This document shows positions 29,060 through 39,719 of a stretch of DNA of 64,000 bases, in pieces (position 1 is the stretch's first letter; each line of letters starts with the position of its first letter). Both the position numbers and the translations under genes were made by a program. The notes under the pieces were generated by a model. The model was given only the letters and a program-made list of their open reading frames with translations, was not told where the DNA came from and did no database searches. The DNA lies in contig CAVPAU010000003.1 of the NCBI GenBank assembly GCA_963701635.1, positions 228,303 through 292,302 on the forward strand, in the 5' to 3' direction. This stretch comes from an uncultured Solirubrobacterales bacterium (GTDB taxonomy: Bacteria; Actinomycetota; Thermoleophilia; Solirubrobacterales; 70-9).

Positions 29060-29653
29060 ATGAAGGGCACGGCGTGCAACCCGGCCAGCAGACACAATGG
29101 GCGCGTGGCGAGAGTGGGCTATACAAGGCTTTACGCGACTCTGAGCGGGGCACTGCTGATCCTGCTCGGCCTCGCCGGGCTGATCGAGAACTCGGAGTTC
29201 GAAGCGCCGGAACTGTGGTCGGAGCTGCTCGGCGTCTACGCGGTCAACGGCTGGGCCTCGCTGCTCCACATCGTCCTCGGCCTGGTCGCCCTGCTGCTGG
29301 CCCAGAGCCTGTCCCGGCTGTGGGCCCTGGCCGCGTCCCTGATCTTCATCGCTCTCGGTGTCTGGGGGGTGCTCGCCCCCGGCGGGACACTGCTCTTCGG
29401 GGTGCTGCCTGCCACCCGGGCCGTCAACCTGCTGAACCTGCTGCTCGGGGCCCTGGCGCTTGTCGCGCTCGCGGCCAGCCGCTGGGACCGGATCACGGCG
29501 GTCGTCTCCGAGCGTGAAGAGAGGATGCGGCGCCGACGCGTCGAACGCAAGCGGCGACGCGAGCGCGAACTCAGGCGCAGGCGACTCGGGGCCGGCGCAG
29601 GCGGGCGCCGGCCGGAGGAGAAGCAACGCGGCGGTTCAGAGGCCGGTTCGTGA
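29060..29653 (+). CDS. DUF4383-like membrane protein with Arg-rich C-terminal tail
   Basis: Four TM helices with AVNGWASLLHIVLGLVAL (resembles DUF4383, from memory). Start is uncertain (ATG 29060 or GTG 29105/29114). Confidence 0.6.
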   Translation: MKGTACNPASRHNGRVARVGYTRLYATLSGALLILLGLAGLIENSEFEAPELWSELLGVYAVNGWASLLHIVLGLVALLLAQSLSRLWALAASLIFIALGVWGVLAPGGTLLFGVLPATRAVNLLNLLLGALALVALAASRWDRITAVVSEREERMRRRRVERKRRRERELRRRRLGAGAGGRRPEEKQRGGSEAGS

Positions 29654-29977
29654 CCGCGTGCTCTCGACCAGGCTCTCGATCCTTGACCGGCGCCGGCGTC
29701 CGCGGCGCCTGAGTTCGACCACGACGAGCACGCCGGTGGCCACGCCGCCGGCCGCCACCGCCGCCACCGGGCGCACCCAGTTGCGCGGATCTCGCAGCGA
29801 CTCGAGCTCGCTCTCGGTCAGCTCGTCGGCCCAGCCGGTCAGGTCGTCGGCCGCCGCGTCACGGATCGTCGAGAACGTGTCCCAGAGGCGGTCCGAAAGG
29901 CGGGCCGGCGGCTCGACCGGCTGAAAGACGTCGGCGAGCAGGTCTTCGAGCCTGATCTCATCCATCGGCATCGTCAT
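29636..29977 (-). CDS. Small single-pass membrane protein co-transcribed with the ECF sigma factor (candidate anti-sigma factor)
   Basis: Its start (ATG 29977/29971/29965) overlaps the sigma-factor stop. Acidic N-terminal part, C-terminal TM VAAVAAGGVATGVLVVV followed by RRRGRRRR. No zf-HC2 motif. Confidence 0.5.
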   Translation of the reverse strand: MTMPMDEIRLEDLLADVFQPVEPPARLSDRLWDTFSTIRDAAADDLTGWADELTESELESLRDPRNWVRPVAAVAAGGVATGVLVVVELRRRGRRRRSRIESLVESTRSRTGL

Positions 29978-30545
29978 CGAGCCCTTCGCGAAGCTGCTTG
30001 ACCGCCCGGTGGAGCAGCACCTTCGTCGCCCCGTCCGACTTGCCCATTGCCCTTGCGATCTCACGGTTGTCCATTCCGAGTGCGAATCTCATGATCAGGG
30101 CCTCACGCCTCTCCTCCGGCAACTCGTCGATCCCTGCCATTACCGCCCTGAGTTCGGCCCGGCCTTCGGCCACCGACTCGGTCGTATGGCGCGCTGCGGG
30201 CGGCTCGATGCTGTCGAGCGGAGTCTGCGGACGCCGCGAACGGTCGCGGTAGAAATTCGAGGCGAGGTTGTGCGCGATGCGGATCAGCCACGGACGCAGC
30301 GGGCGCCCGCCGGACTCGCGCCGGGCCCTCGGATAGTGGCGGTAGGCCTGGAGAAAGGTCTGCTCGGTCAGGTCCTCGGCGTCGTGATGGTCGCCGACCC
30401 GGTAGTAGGCATACGAGTAGACGTCGCGAAGGTGGTCCCGATAGAGCTGCTCGAAGCCGCGGTCCGTTTCGGCCTTGCTCTCGGCCGGCGCCTCCGTTCC
30501 CGGGGCCGGGAGGTCCTCCTGGTCCGCTTTCGGGGCGTCGTCCAC
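29958..30545 (-). CDS. ECF-type sigma-70 family RNA polymerase sigma factor
   Basis: Region 2 (DAEDLTEQTFLQAY, RPWLIRIAHNLASNFYRDR) and region 4 (EERREALIMRFALGMDNREIARAMG). Confidence 0.9.
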   Translation of the reverse strand: MDDAPKADQEDLPAPGTEAPAESKAETDRGFEQLYRDHLRDVYSYAYYRVGDHHDAEDLTEQTFLQAYRHYPRARRESGGRPLRPWLIRIAHNLASNFYRDRSRRPQTPLDSIEPPAARHTTESVAEGRAELRAVMAGIDELPEERREALIMRFALGMDNREIARAMGKSDGATKVLLHRAVKQLREGLDDDADG

Positions 30546-30608
30546 CGGACAACCCTATCCCGACGGCGCACGCCGGTCGGCATCGTGCTCCGGGTCGCAT
30601 CGATGCGC

Positions 30609-32273
30609 TCAAGCGGCCCGCCTCGAATGACCGACGCGCCTCAATGCGGCGACCCACTCGTCGGAACTGATGCGGCCGGTCGCCAGATCTGCCAGACCCT
30701 GGGTTGCCTCGTTGCGGCAGCCCGAATCGGCCAGCGTGGCGGCGATCTGGGGCACCGAATCGAGCGCCTCGGAAGCCTGGCCGAGCGTGCGCTTGATCTC
30801 CTCGGCGTCGCTGCCCTTGCCCAGCAGCTCGCCGGCCCGGCGGTTGCGGCTGTCCGGCGCCATCACGGTGGCCAGCAGGTCCCCCACCCCGGCCAGCCCG
30901 TTGAAGGTGTCGAGGTCGGCGCCCTTGACGACCGCGAAGTCGACGCACTCTTTCCAGACGGCGGTGGCAGCGATCCCGGCTGCGTTCAGACCGTGCGGCT
31001 CGGCTGCGGCTGCGGCCAGCACGGCGGCGTTCTTGGCCGCTCCGGCCATCTCCACGCCCGCAGTGTCCCTGGATCGCTCGCAGATCAGGCCCGCACGGTC
31101 GAATACGTCGCCCAGCTGGGCCCGAAGATCATCGTCACTGGAGCCGAGCACGAGGGCCGCCGAACCGGATACGGCCTCGCGCGCGTGGGCCGGGCCACCG
31201 AGACACGAAATCCCTCTGACCTTGACCCGCTCGCCGACGTACTCGGCGGGCAGCGTCCCCTTCGGCGCGACCAGGCCCTTGGCCAGCAGAAGCACACCGG
31301 CACGCTTGCCCACACGGTCGGCGACGGCCCCGACCACCTGCGGGTATGAAGCGGACGGTACGGCAATGCAGAGCAGGTCCACGCCGGCCAGCTCGATCTC
31401 ATTCGACGCGCGGACCTCGATCGCGTCGGGCAGCCTCACCCCCGGCAGGTAGCGCGAGTTCTGTCGTTCGGCAGAGATCGCCTCGGCCTGGGCCGCGGTC
31501 CTCGTCCCGAGCTGCACCTCGAGCCCGCCGCGGGCCAGCAGCACGGCAACCGCCGTTCCCCAGCTCCCGGCTCCGATCACGGCCGCGCGCCGCATCGGCG
31601 GCAGGCCGCCGATGTCTTCCCACTGGAGCTCGATGTTCGGCCAGATCCGCGAGGTCACGGAGGCCGCCAGGGCGGGAGAGGGATTCTCGGCGTAGGGGAA
31701 GTTCATCCGCCTGCCGACGCGCAGCCGGACCTTGCGCGGGCGGATCCTCCAGCCCCGCCGCACGTTCTCGGTCCCGCTGACCGCGACCGGCAGGACTGCC
31801 GCACCGCTGCGCATCGCGAGGCGTCCGACGCCGCGCTTCGGGGTTCCCAGCGATCCCTTCCGGATGCGCGTGCCCTCGGGGAAGATGCAGACGGCCCCAC
31901 CGCGTTCGAGCACGAGCTCGGCCGTTTCGATCGCATCCTCGTCGGCCTCCCCCCTGCGGATCGGAAAGGCCCCGAGCCGGCTGAGGAAATACGCCTGCCA
32001 CGGCTTCTCGAACAGCTCGACCTTGGCCACGTAGTTCATCGGCCGGTTCCACGGCAGGCAGGCTCCGATCACGAACGGATCGAGGAAACTGCGGTGGTTG
32101 GCGGCAACGATGATGCCGCCCTTGATGCGCGAGTTCTTCCTGCCCTGGCGGGAAAGCGCGAAGTAGACGAGGAAAAACGGCTGGAGCACGACCCTGGCAA
32201 GCAGGTAGAGGCCACGGTTGACCCCGTGGCGGCGGGTGAACTCGTGGTAGCTGGCGAGACGCTCGTCGGTCAC
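30609..32273 (-). CDS. gpsA: Fusion ORF: 1-acyl-sn-glycerol-3-phosphate acyltransferase (PlsC-like) plus NAD(P)H-dependent glycerol-3-phosphate dehydrogenase (GpsA)
   Basis: N-terminal HX4D (ANHRSFLDP) and FPEGTR acyltransferase motifs. From Met227 (ATG 31595) onward it is a complete GpsA (VIGAGSWGTAVAVLLA .. GLNAAGIATAV). No stop codon lies between the two parts. Confidence 0.85.
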   Translation of the reverse strand: MTDERLASYHEFTRRHGVNRGLYLLARVVLQPFFLVYFALSRQGRKNSRIKGGIIVAANHRSFLDPFVIGACLPWNRPMNYVAKVELFEKPWQAYFLSRLGAFPIRRGEADEDAIETAELVLERGGAVCIFPEGTRIRKGSLGTPKRGVGRLAMRSGAAVLPVAVSGTENVRRGWRIRPRKVRLRVGRRMNFPYAENPSPALAASVTSRIWPNIELQWEDIGGLPPMRRAAVIGAGSWGTAVAVLLARGGLEVQLGTRTAAQAEAISAERQNSRYLPGVRLPDAIEVRASNEIELAGVDLLCIAVPSASYPQVVGAVADRVGKRAGVLLLAKGLVAPKGTLPAEYVGERVKVRGISCLGGPAHAREAVSGSAALVLGSSDDDLRAQLGDVFDRAGLICERSRDTAGVEMAGAAKNAAVLAAAAAEPHGLNAAGIAATAVWKECVDFAVVKGADLDTFNGLAGVGDLLATVMAPDSRNRRAGELLGKGSDAEEIKRTLGQASEALDSVPQIAATLADSGCRNEATQGLADLATGRISSDEWVAALRRVGHSRRAA

Positions 32274-32411
32274 AGGGTTCGTTACACGTCCGGGGTCGCC
32301 GCGTTACAGGCCGCAGGGCCGTCGTGCATCCGTTGACCGCGGCACGGGGACGCGACAGCTTGCCCGGAATCGGGGCCGGCCGAGAGGACCGGCCGGTCGA
32401 TCACCCAGCTC

Positions 32412-32549
32412 GTGCTCTTCACGAACCCGCACCTGCCCCCCACTACGGCGACTTACTGGCTGATGATGCAGATCGGCATGACGCTCGGGTTCATGACCAC
32501 GTATCCCGTGAACGTCTGGCTGATACCCCGGGGCGTCAAGGAAGCGATG
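32412..32549 (+). pseudogene. Possible remnant of the C-terminal ~45 codons of a DUF4396-type membrane protein
   Basis: TYWLMMQIGMTLGFMTTYPVNVWLIPRGVKEAM resembles the conserved DUF4396 C-terminus (from memory). An in-frame stop at 32334 excludes the upstream part, and no matching N-terminal segment is seen in any frame. Confidence 0.3.
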
Positions 32550-32649
32550 GCCTGGAGTCCGCGCGGGAGGAATGCCAGCCAGGCCGGCGACCGTATCGGT
32601 GGCCGGGTATCGTGGTCGGACAGGGTCCCCGAGCAGCGGATTGGAGAGG

Positions 32650-33918
32650 ATGACGCAGCAGCCGGAATCGCAGCCCTCGAGGCTCGAGAAGTTGATCCGC
32701 CGCCTGCGCAGGCGCGAAGTCATCAGCCTGCTGCTGCTCACCCGCTTCCTGCCGGACCGGAGCGGCGCCCCCGAGGTGCCTCCGCCGTGGCCGGAGTCCG
32801 ATCGTGAGATCCCCGCAGACCTGCTCACCTGTCCGGGAGAGATCCGCGACGCCGCCGAGGAGGAGCGCGCCGCCGCGGCAGAACCGCTGAACGACTTTTT
32901 CTCCGTCCACCCGGAGGCGAGCGAGTTCATCGTCAGCCACGGCAAGGGCTTCCTCGTGCCGACCTTCCCCCGGGTCGCGAGGGCCGTCCACCGCATCCGG
33001 CGTGCCACCCGCCTGCGACCATCTGCCCGAAGGCGCCGGTACGGGCCCGACGAGCTGAAGCAGATGCTGGTCGCCGAGGCACGACGCATCGGGCTGAGCC
33101 GGATCGGCGTCGTGCCGGCCGACGAGCGCTACACCTTCGAGACCACCGATGCCGAGCAGCTGCCGACCGTGATCGTCTGCCTGCTCGAGCAGGACTGGGA
33201 GCTGACGCAGAAGATCCCGAGCGACGAGGCCGAGCAGGCGGCGTTCTTCGGCTACGCCGAGGGCATGACCCGGACCGCGATGCTCGCCGAGTACCTGAAA
33301 GGACTCGGCTACCGGGCCGCTCCCCAGGGACTGACCGGCGACGGCGTCGCGATCCACTACGGGGTCGAGGCCGGTCTCGGCCAGCTCGGCATCAACGGGC
33401 AGCTGCTCACTCCCGAGGCCGGCTCGCGATGCAGGATCCTGATGCTGACGACGGACGCGGTCATCACCCGGGACCGACCGGTCGACTACGGCCTGCATAG
33501 GGTCTGCGACGAATGCCAGGCCTGTGTACGCAACTGCCCGGTCGGGGCCATTCCGAAGGCGCGCAGGCCGTTCCGCGGCGTGGTCAAGTCGAAACTGAAC
33601 ACGGCGCGCTGCCTGCCCGTGGTCGCGCAGGCCAGCGGCTGCGCCGTATGCATGAAGGTCTGCCCGGTCCAGCGCTACGGTCTCGACGCGATACTCGGGC
33701 ACCGGGAGCGGACCGGGGAGATCCTCGGCCTCGGCAGTGACGAGCTCGAGGGTTATGACTGGCCGCTCGACGGCCGGCACTACGGACCCGGCGAAACGCC
33801 CCGGGTCGCAGAGGACGTGATCAGGAACCCCGGCCTGACCTTCGACATGGAGCGCAAGCGGCCGTGGGGAGACACCGAGCCGATCCGCTTCGTCGGCCCG
33901 AAGAGGAGCCGGGGCTGA
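32650..33918 (+). CDS. QueG/reductive-dehalogenase-family 4Fe-4S protein (function unknown)
   Basis: Two ferredoxin-type motifs, CDECQACVRNCP and GCAVCMKVCP, follow a GLGQLGINGQLLTPE.G core. Start taken at ATG 32650. Confidence 0.6.
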   Translation: MTQQPESQPSRLEKLIRRLRRREVISLLLLTRFLPDRSGAPEVPPPWPESDREIPADLLTCPGEIRDAAEEERAAAAEPLNDFFSVHPEASEFIVSHGKGFLVPTFPRVARAVHRIRRATRLRPSARRRRYGPDELKQMLVAEARRIGLSRIGVVPADERYTFETTDAEQLPTVIVCLLEQDWELTQKIPSDEAEQAAFFGYAEGMTRTAMLAEYLKGLGYRAAPQGLTGDGVAIHYGVEAGLGQLGINGQLLTPEAGSRCRILMLTTDAVITRDRPVDYGLHRVCDECQACVRNCPVGAIPKARRPFRGVVKSKLNTARCLPVVAQASGCAVCMKVCPVQRYGLDAILGHRERTGEILGLGSDELEGYDWPLDGRHYGPGETPRVAEDVIRNPGLTFDMERKRPWGDTEPIRFVGPKRSRG

Positions 33919-34898
33919 CACAGGCGGCGGGAGACGCGGGGACGGTCGAGGTCTGCGTAGTCGGTTCGGGGTTTGCCGGGTTGATGCTCGGCGATGCACT
34001 CCGCCGGAATGAAACGGGATATGTGGTGCTCGACAAGGGCCGGTCGCCCGGCGGCCGGGCCGCCACGAGGCGCCTTGGTGCGGCGAGGGTGGACCACGGC
34101 ATCCCGTGGCTTACGCGCTCCGGCAGCGAGAGCGACGAGCTGATCGACAGGCTGCGGAAAGAGCGGCTCATCGAACGGCTCTTCGTCGGCGGAGAGGTCG
34201 GAGACGCATGGGTCGCACCGGCCGGAATCACTTCGGCGATGAAACACCTCGCCTCAGACCTGGACGTGCGCTTCAGCCACCGGGTCGAGTCGGTCGAGGC
34301 CGGCGAACCGAACCGGCTGCTCGTCTCGGACGCCGACGGAGCCACGTACGAGCTCGCGGCCAGGAACGTGGTCATCACGGCACCGGTGCCGCAGGCGATG
34401 GAGATGGCACCGGCGGTCGCCGGAGCTCTCGCCGCGGTCGATCCGGAACGGGTCTACGACAAAGCGGTGATCGGCCTGGCCCGGCTGGCCCACAGCAGCG
34501 CGCTTCCCGACGCAGCGCTGTTCGAGAGACCTGCCGAAGGGATCGACAGCGTGATCGTCGAAAGCGCGAAGTTCCCTGACCGGCCGCCTTCGGTGTCGAT
34601 CAGGTGCGACCCGGAGGCCAGCGAGCGGCTGTTCGAAGAAGACGACGAAGCCGCCTGGCGGTGGATGGCGGATCGGGTGTCCGCCCTGCCTTTCCTCGCC
34701 GGCGAACCCGCTGAGCGCCAGGTCAAGCGCTGGCGCTACTCGGAAACGGCCGAACCGGTCGCGGCGCCGTTCCTGTCGCTCGCGACCGGCAGCGGTTCGA
34801 TCTCAGCCTGCGGCGACGGCTTCGACACAGGCTCGGCTACCGGCATGGAAGCGGCCCTCGCCTCGGCGAGGGCGCTGCTCGACAACCGTCCGTGGTGA
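33864..34898 (+). CDS. NAD(P)/FAD-dependent oxidoreductase (renalase/amine-oxidase-like)
   Basis: Dinucleotide fold VCVVGSGFAGLMLG...VLDKGRSPGGRAATRR. GTG 33864 is the only canonical start and overlaps the upstream gene by 55 nt. Confidence 0.6.
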   Translation: MGRHRADPLRRPEEEPGLTQAAGDAGTVEVCVVGSGFAGLMLGDALRRNETGYVVLDKGRSPGGRAATRRLGAARVDHGIPWLTRSGSESDELIDRLRKERLIERLFVGGEVGDAWVAPAGITSAMKHLASDLDVRFSHRVESVEAGEPNRLLVSDADGATYELAARNVVITAPVPQAMEMAPAVAGALAAVDPERVYDKAVIGLARLAHSSALPDAALFERPAEGIDSVIVESAKFPDRPPSVSIRCDPEASERLFEEDDEAAWRWMADRVSALPFLAGEPAERQVKRWRYSETAEPVAAPFLSLATGSGSISACGDGFDTGSATGMEAALASARALLDNRPW

Positions 34899-34904
34899 GA
34901 CGGC

Positions 34905-35720
34905 TCAGGGCCTGACCCGCTGCCGGCCCGTGTAGACGTTCAGGCCGCCGCGCGAAGCGAAGCCGCAGAGCGTGATTTCGCGGTCGGCCGCGAGCTCGAC
35001 GGCCAGCGAACTCGGCGCGCCGACGCCGACAAGGACCGGCGCGCCGGCAACGGCGGCCTTCTGGACCAGCTCGAAGGACAGGCGCCCGGTGACGCAGAGG
35101 ATTCGCCCGCTCAGCGGAAGCATGCCTTCTGCCAGAGCATGTCCGACCACCTTGTCCATCGCGTTGTGGCGGCCGACGTCCTCCCTGGCGACGAGCAGCG
35201 TTCCGCCCGGGTCGAACAGCCCCGTGGCGTGGGTGCCGCCGGTGATCGCGAAGGCCGGCTGCGCGATTCGGGCGGGCAGCGTTGCGAGCAGCTCGCGAGA
35301 GACGACCGGGCCGGCCGTCGCCCTCGGTGCGGTGACCTCCACCTCCTCGAGAGCGCCCCGGCCGCAGACGCCGCAGGACGAGGTCGTGTAGAAGTTGCGC
35401 GCGCCCGACTCCCGCAGCAGCGGCCCGCCGACCTCGATCACGTTCGAGGCGAAGTCCCGGCTCGGGCCGGCAGGGCGGGCGGAGTCGATCAGGCCCTCGC
35501 CGAAGAGAAAGCCGAGCGCCAGCTCCTCGTCGTGACCGGGGGTGCGCATCGTCACCGCGAGTGCCCTGCCGTCGACCCTGATCTCGAGCGGCTCTTCGAT
35601 GGCTACTTCGTCGCCCACGCCGCCGTCGCGTTCGATCGCCGCGGTCATCCGGGCGGTCGTCGCGTCCCGGTTGGCTGCCGGACCGCGGCCGGCCGCCGGC
35701 TCTCCGTGGCTGCCGGTCAT
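34905..35720 (-). CDS. fdhD: Formate dehydrogenase accessory sulfurtransferase FdhD
   Basis: TPGHDEELALGFLFGEGLI, SSCGVCG and EDVGRHNAMDKVVG motifs. Start at ATG 35720 (271 aa). Confidence 0.9.
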   Translation of the reverse strand: MTGSHGEPAAGRGPAANRDATTARMTAAIERDGGVGDEVAIEEPLEIRVDGRALAVTMRTPGHDEELALGFLFGEGLIDSARPAGPSRDFASNVIEVGGPLLRESGARNFYTTSSCGVCGRGALEEVEVTAPRATAGPVVSRELLATLPARIAQPAFAITGGTHATGLFDPGGTLLVAREDVGRHNAMDKVVGHALAEGMLPLSGRILCVTGRLSFELVQKAAVAGAPVLVGVGAPSSLAVELAADREITLCGFASRGGLNVYTGRQRVRP

Positions 35721-35754
35721 CGAACCCGACTCTAGCGGGGGATATCCTCGACCC

Positions 35755-38163
<2,409 letters not shown>

Positions 38164-38901
38164 TCGGGAAAGTGCCGGCGGCCGAGCTTCTCGGCGACGC
38201 TGCCCTCGAGGATCGGATCGAGGTCGCGGATGGTCATCAGCAGACGCGCGGAAGACGCGATCTGGAGGTCGGCCGCGGTCGGCGAATCGCCGTCGACGAG
38301 ACCCTCCTCGGCGAAGGCCTCGATCCGGGCTATGGCGGCGGGCAGCTCGGCCAGGTCCGAGATCGACCGGGTCGCGGAGAGGTCGAGGACCTTCCAGGCG
38401 GCGCGGATGTACTTCATCGCGAAGTCGGTGCCCGCCGGATCGAGCTCGCCGCCGCCGGCAAACGTACCCATCGCGCCCGGGCGGAAGTGCAGCGCCTCGA
38501 ACGGCAGCCTGCGGGCCAGCTCCTGGAAGACCTCGTCACCCCAGCGCTCGGCTTCGCTGACCTGCGCGGCTAGCGGTTCGGGGTAGAGCGGGTTGTCCGG
38601 CACCAGCTGCTCGAGGCGCTCGAGTATCGCGACCGAGCCGTGCACGGCCTCGTCGCCGATCGTCAGCACCGGGACCTTGCGGTGCCCTTCGCCGAACAGC
38701 TCCTCGACCGCGTCGCCGTGCCCACGGTGGCCGGCGGAAGGAACCATCTCCTCCTCGTAATCGATTTCCTTGATCTCAAGCCCGGCCCTGACCGTCATGC
38801 AGGGGTGGGAGAGCGGGACCACGTACAGCTTCACGGGTTCGTCAATCGACGCCATGGGTTCAACCTACAGCCAAGCGGCCGGGCCCGAGCGGCCTCGAGT
38901 A

Positions 38902-39691
38902 TCACCCGGCGAAGCCGAGCCCCCGGCTGAGAGCGGCGCACTGGGACGAGATGTCTCCGCCCAGCCAGACGTCCGCCTCCGGACCCCAGGACGTCTGCTC
39001 GTTGTTGATGATCGCCATTCGCGCCCCCTGCGGTCGCTGCGCGGGGAAGCCCGCTACCGGATATACGACCATCGACGAACCGATCACGATCAACAGGTCG
39101 CAACCGGCGATCGCGGACAGCCCGCGCTCGACCTCGGCCTCGGGCAGCATCTCCTCGAACAGCACGACGGCCGGCTTGACGATGGCGCCGCAGGAGCATC
39201 GCGGCAGCCCGTCCACGGCCAGTTCATCGAGGCTCTCCCGCGGGTAGCGCGCTTCGCAGTCGAGGCAGACGAGTTCCCGCACTCGAGCCGTGCACCTCGT
39301 GGACCAGCCCGTCTTCGACTCCGGCCGCCTGATGCAGGCCGTCGATGTTCTGGGTGACGACCGCGCTCAGCTTGCCGGCCTGCGACAGGTGGGCCAGGAA
39401 GAGGTGGCCCGCATTCGGCTCGTAGCTGTCGGCGAGGTCGAGCCGGGCGCGGTAGAAGGCCCAGAACCGCTCCGGATCGCGGCTGAAGACGCTGAGTGTC
39501 GCCACTTCCATCGGGTCTTCGCTCTCCCAGATGCCACCCGCCGAGCGGAAGTCGGGAATCCCGGAGGCGGTCGAGATGCCGGCACCGGTCAGCGCAACGA
39601 TCCTCTCGGAAGAAACGATCATCTCGAGCAGCCTGCCTGCCTCTTCGCTCATCCCGGCAATTAGAGCAGCAACCGCCCGCGCGGGGAACAT
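38902..39691 (-). pseudogene. cobB: NAD-dependent protein deacylase (Sir2/CobB family) interrupted by a frameshift near 39283
   Basis: The N-terminal half (GAGISTASGIPDFRS, QNIDGLH, EVHGS) is in the frame of ORF 39224..39874. The Zn-ribbon/C-terminal half (VRELVCLDC..PRCSCG..IVIGSS) is in the frame of ORF 38902..39282. One extra nucleotide sits between TCG (Ser) and GTG (Val). Confidence 0.8.
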
Positions 39692-39719
39692 GCCACCGAG
39701 CGGATAGGCTCGGCTCCTC

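Noticed and set aside
28166-29626. Long N-terminal extensions given by the ORF track for several genes: rhomboid to 29626, hydrolase to 24772, fdhD to 36077, cysS to 46519, the coiled-coil protein to 47606, the acyl-CoA synthetase to 49260, and the lipoprotein to 10747.
   Set aside because: The extensions are Arg/Pro/Ser-rich, overlap upstream genes, and precede internal starts that give proteins collinear with their families. Internal starts were therefore chosen.
38902-39691. The Sir2-domain gene as part of an anti-phage system (Thoeris/DSR/SIR2-pAgo-like).
   Set aside because: It is a short canonical sirtuin with a CxxC..CxxC zinc ribbon and the CobB motif order. Its neighbours are GST-like and MOSC metabolic genes, with no TIR, Argonaute, HerA or other partner.
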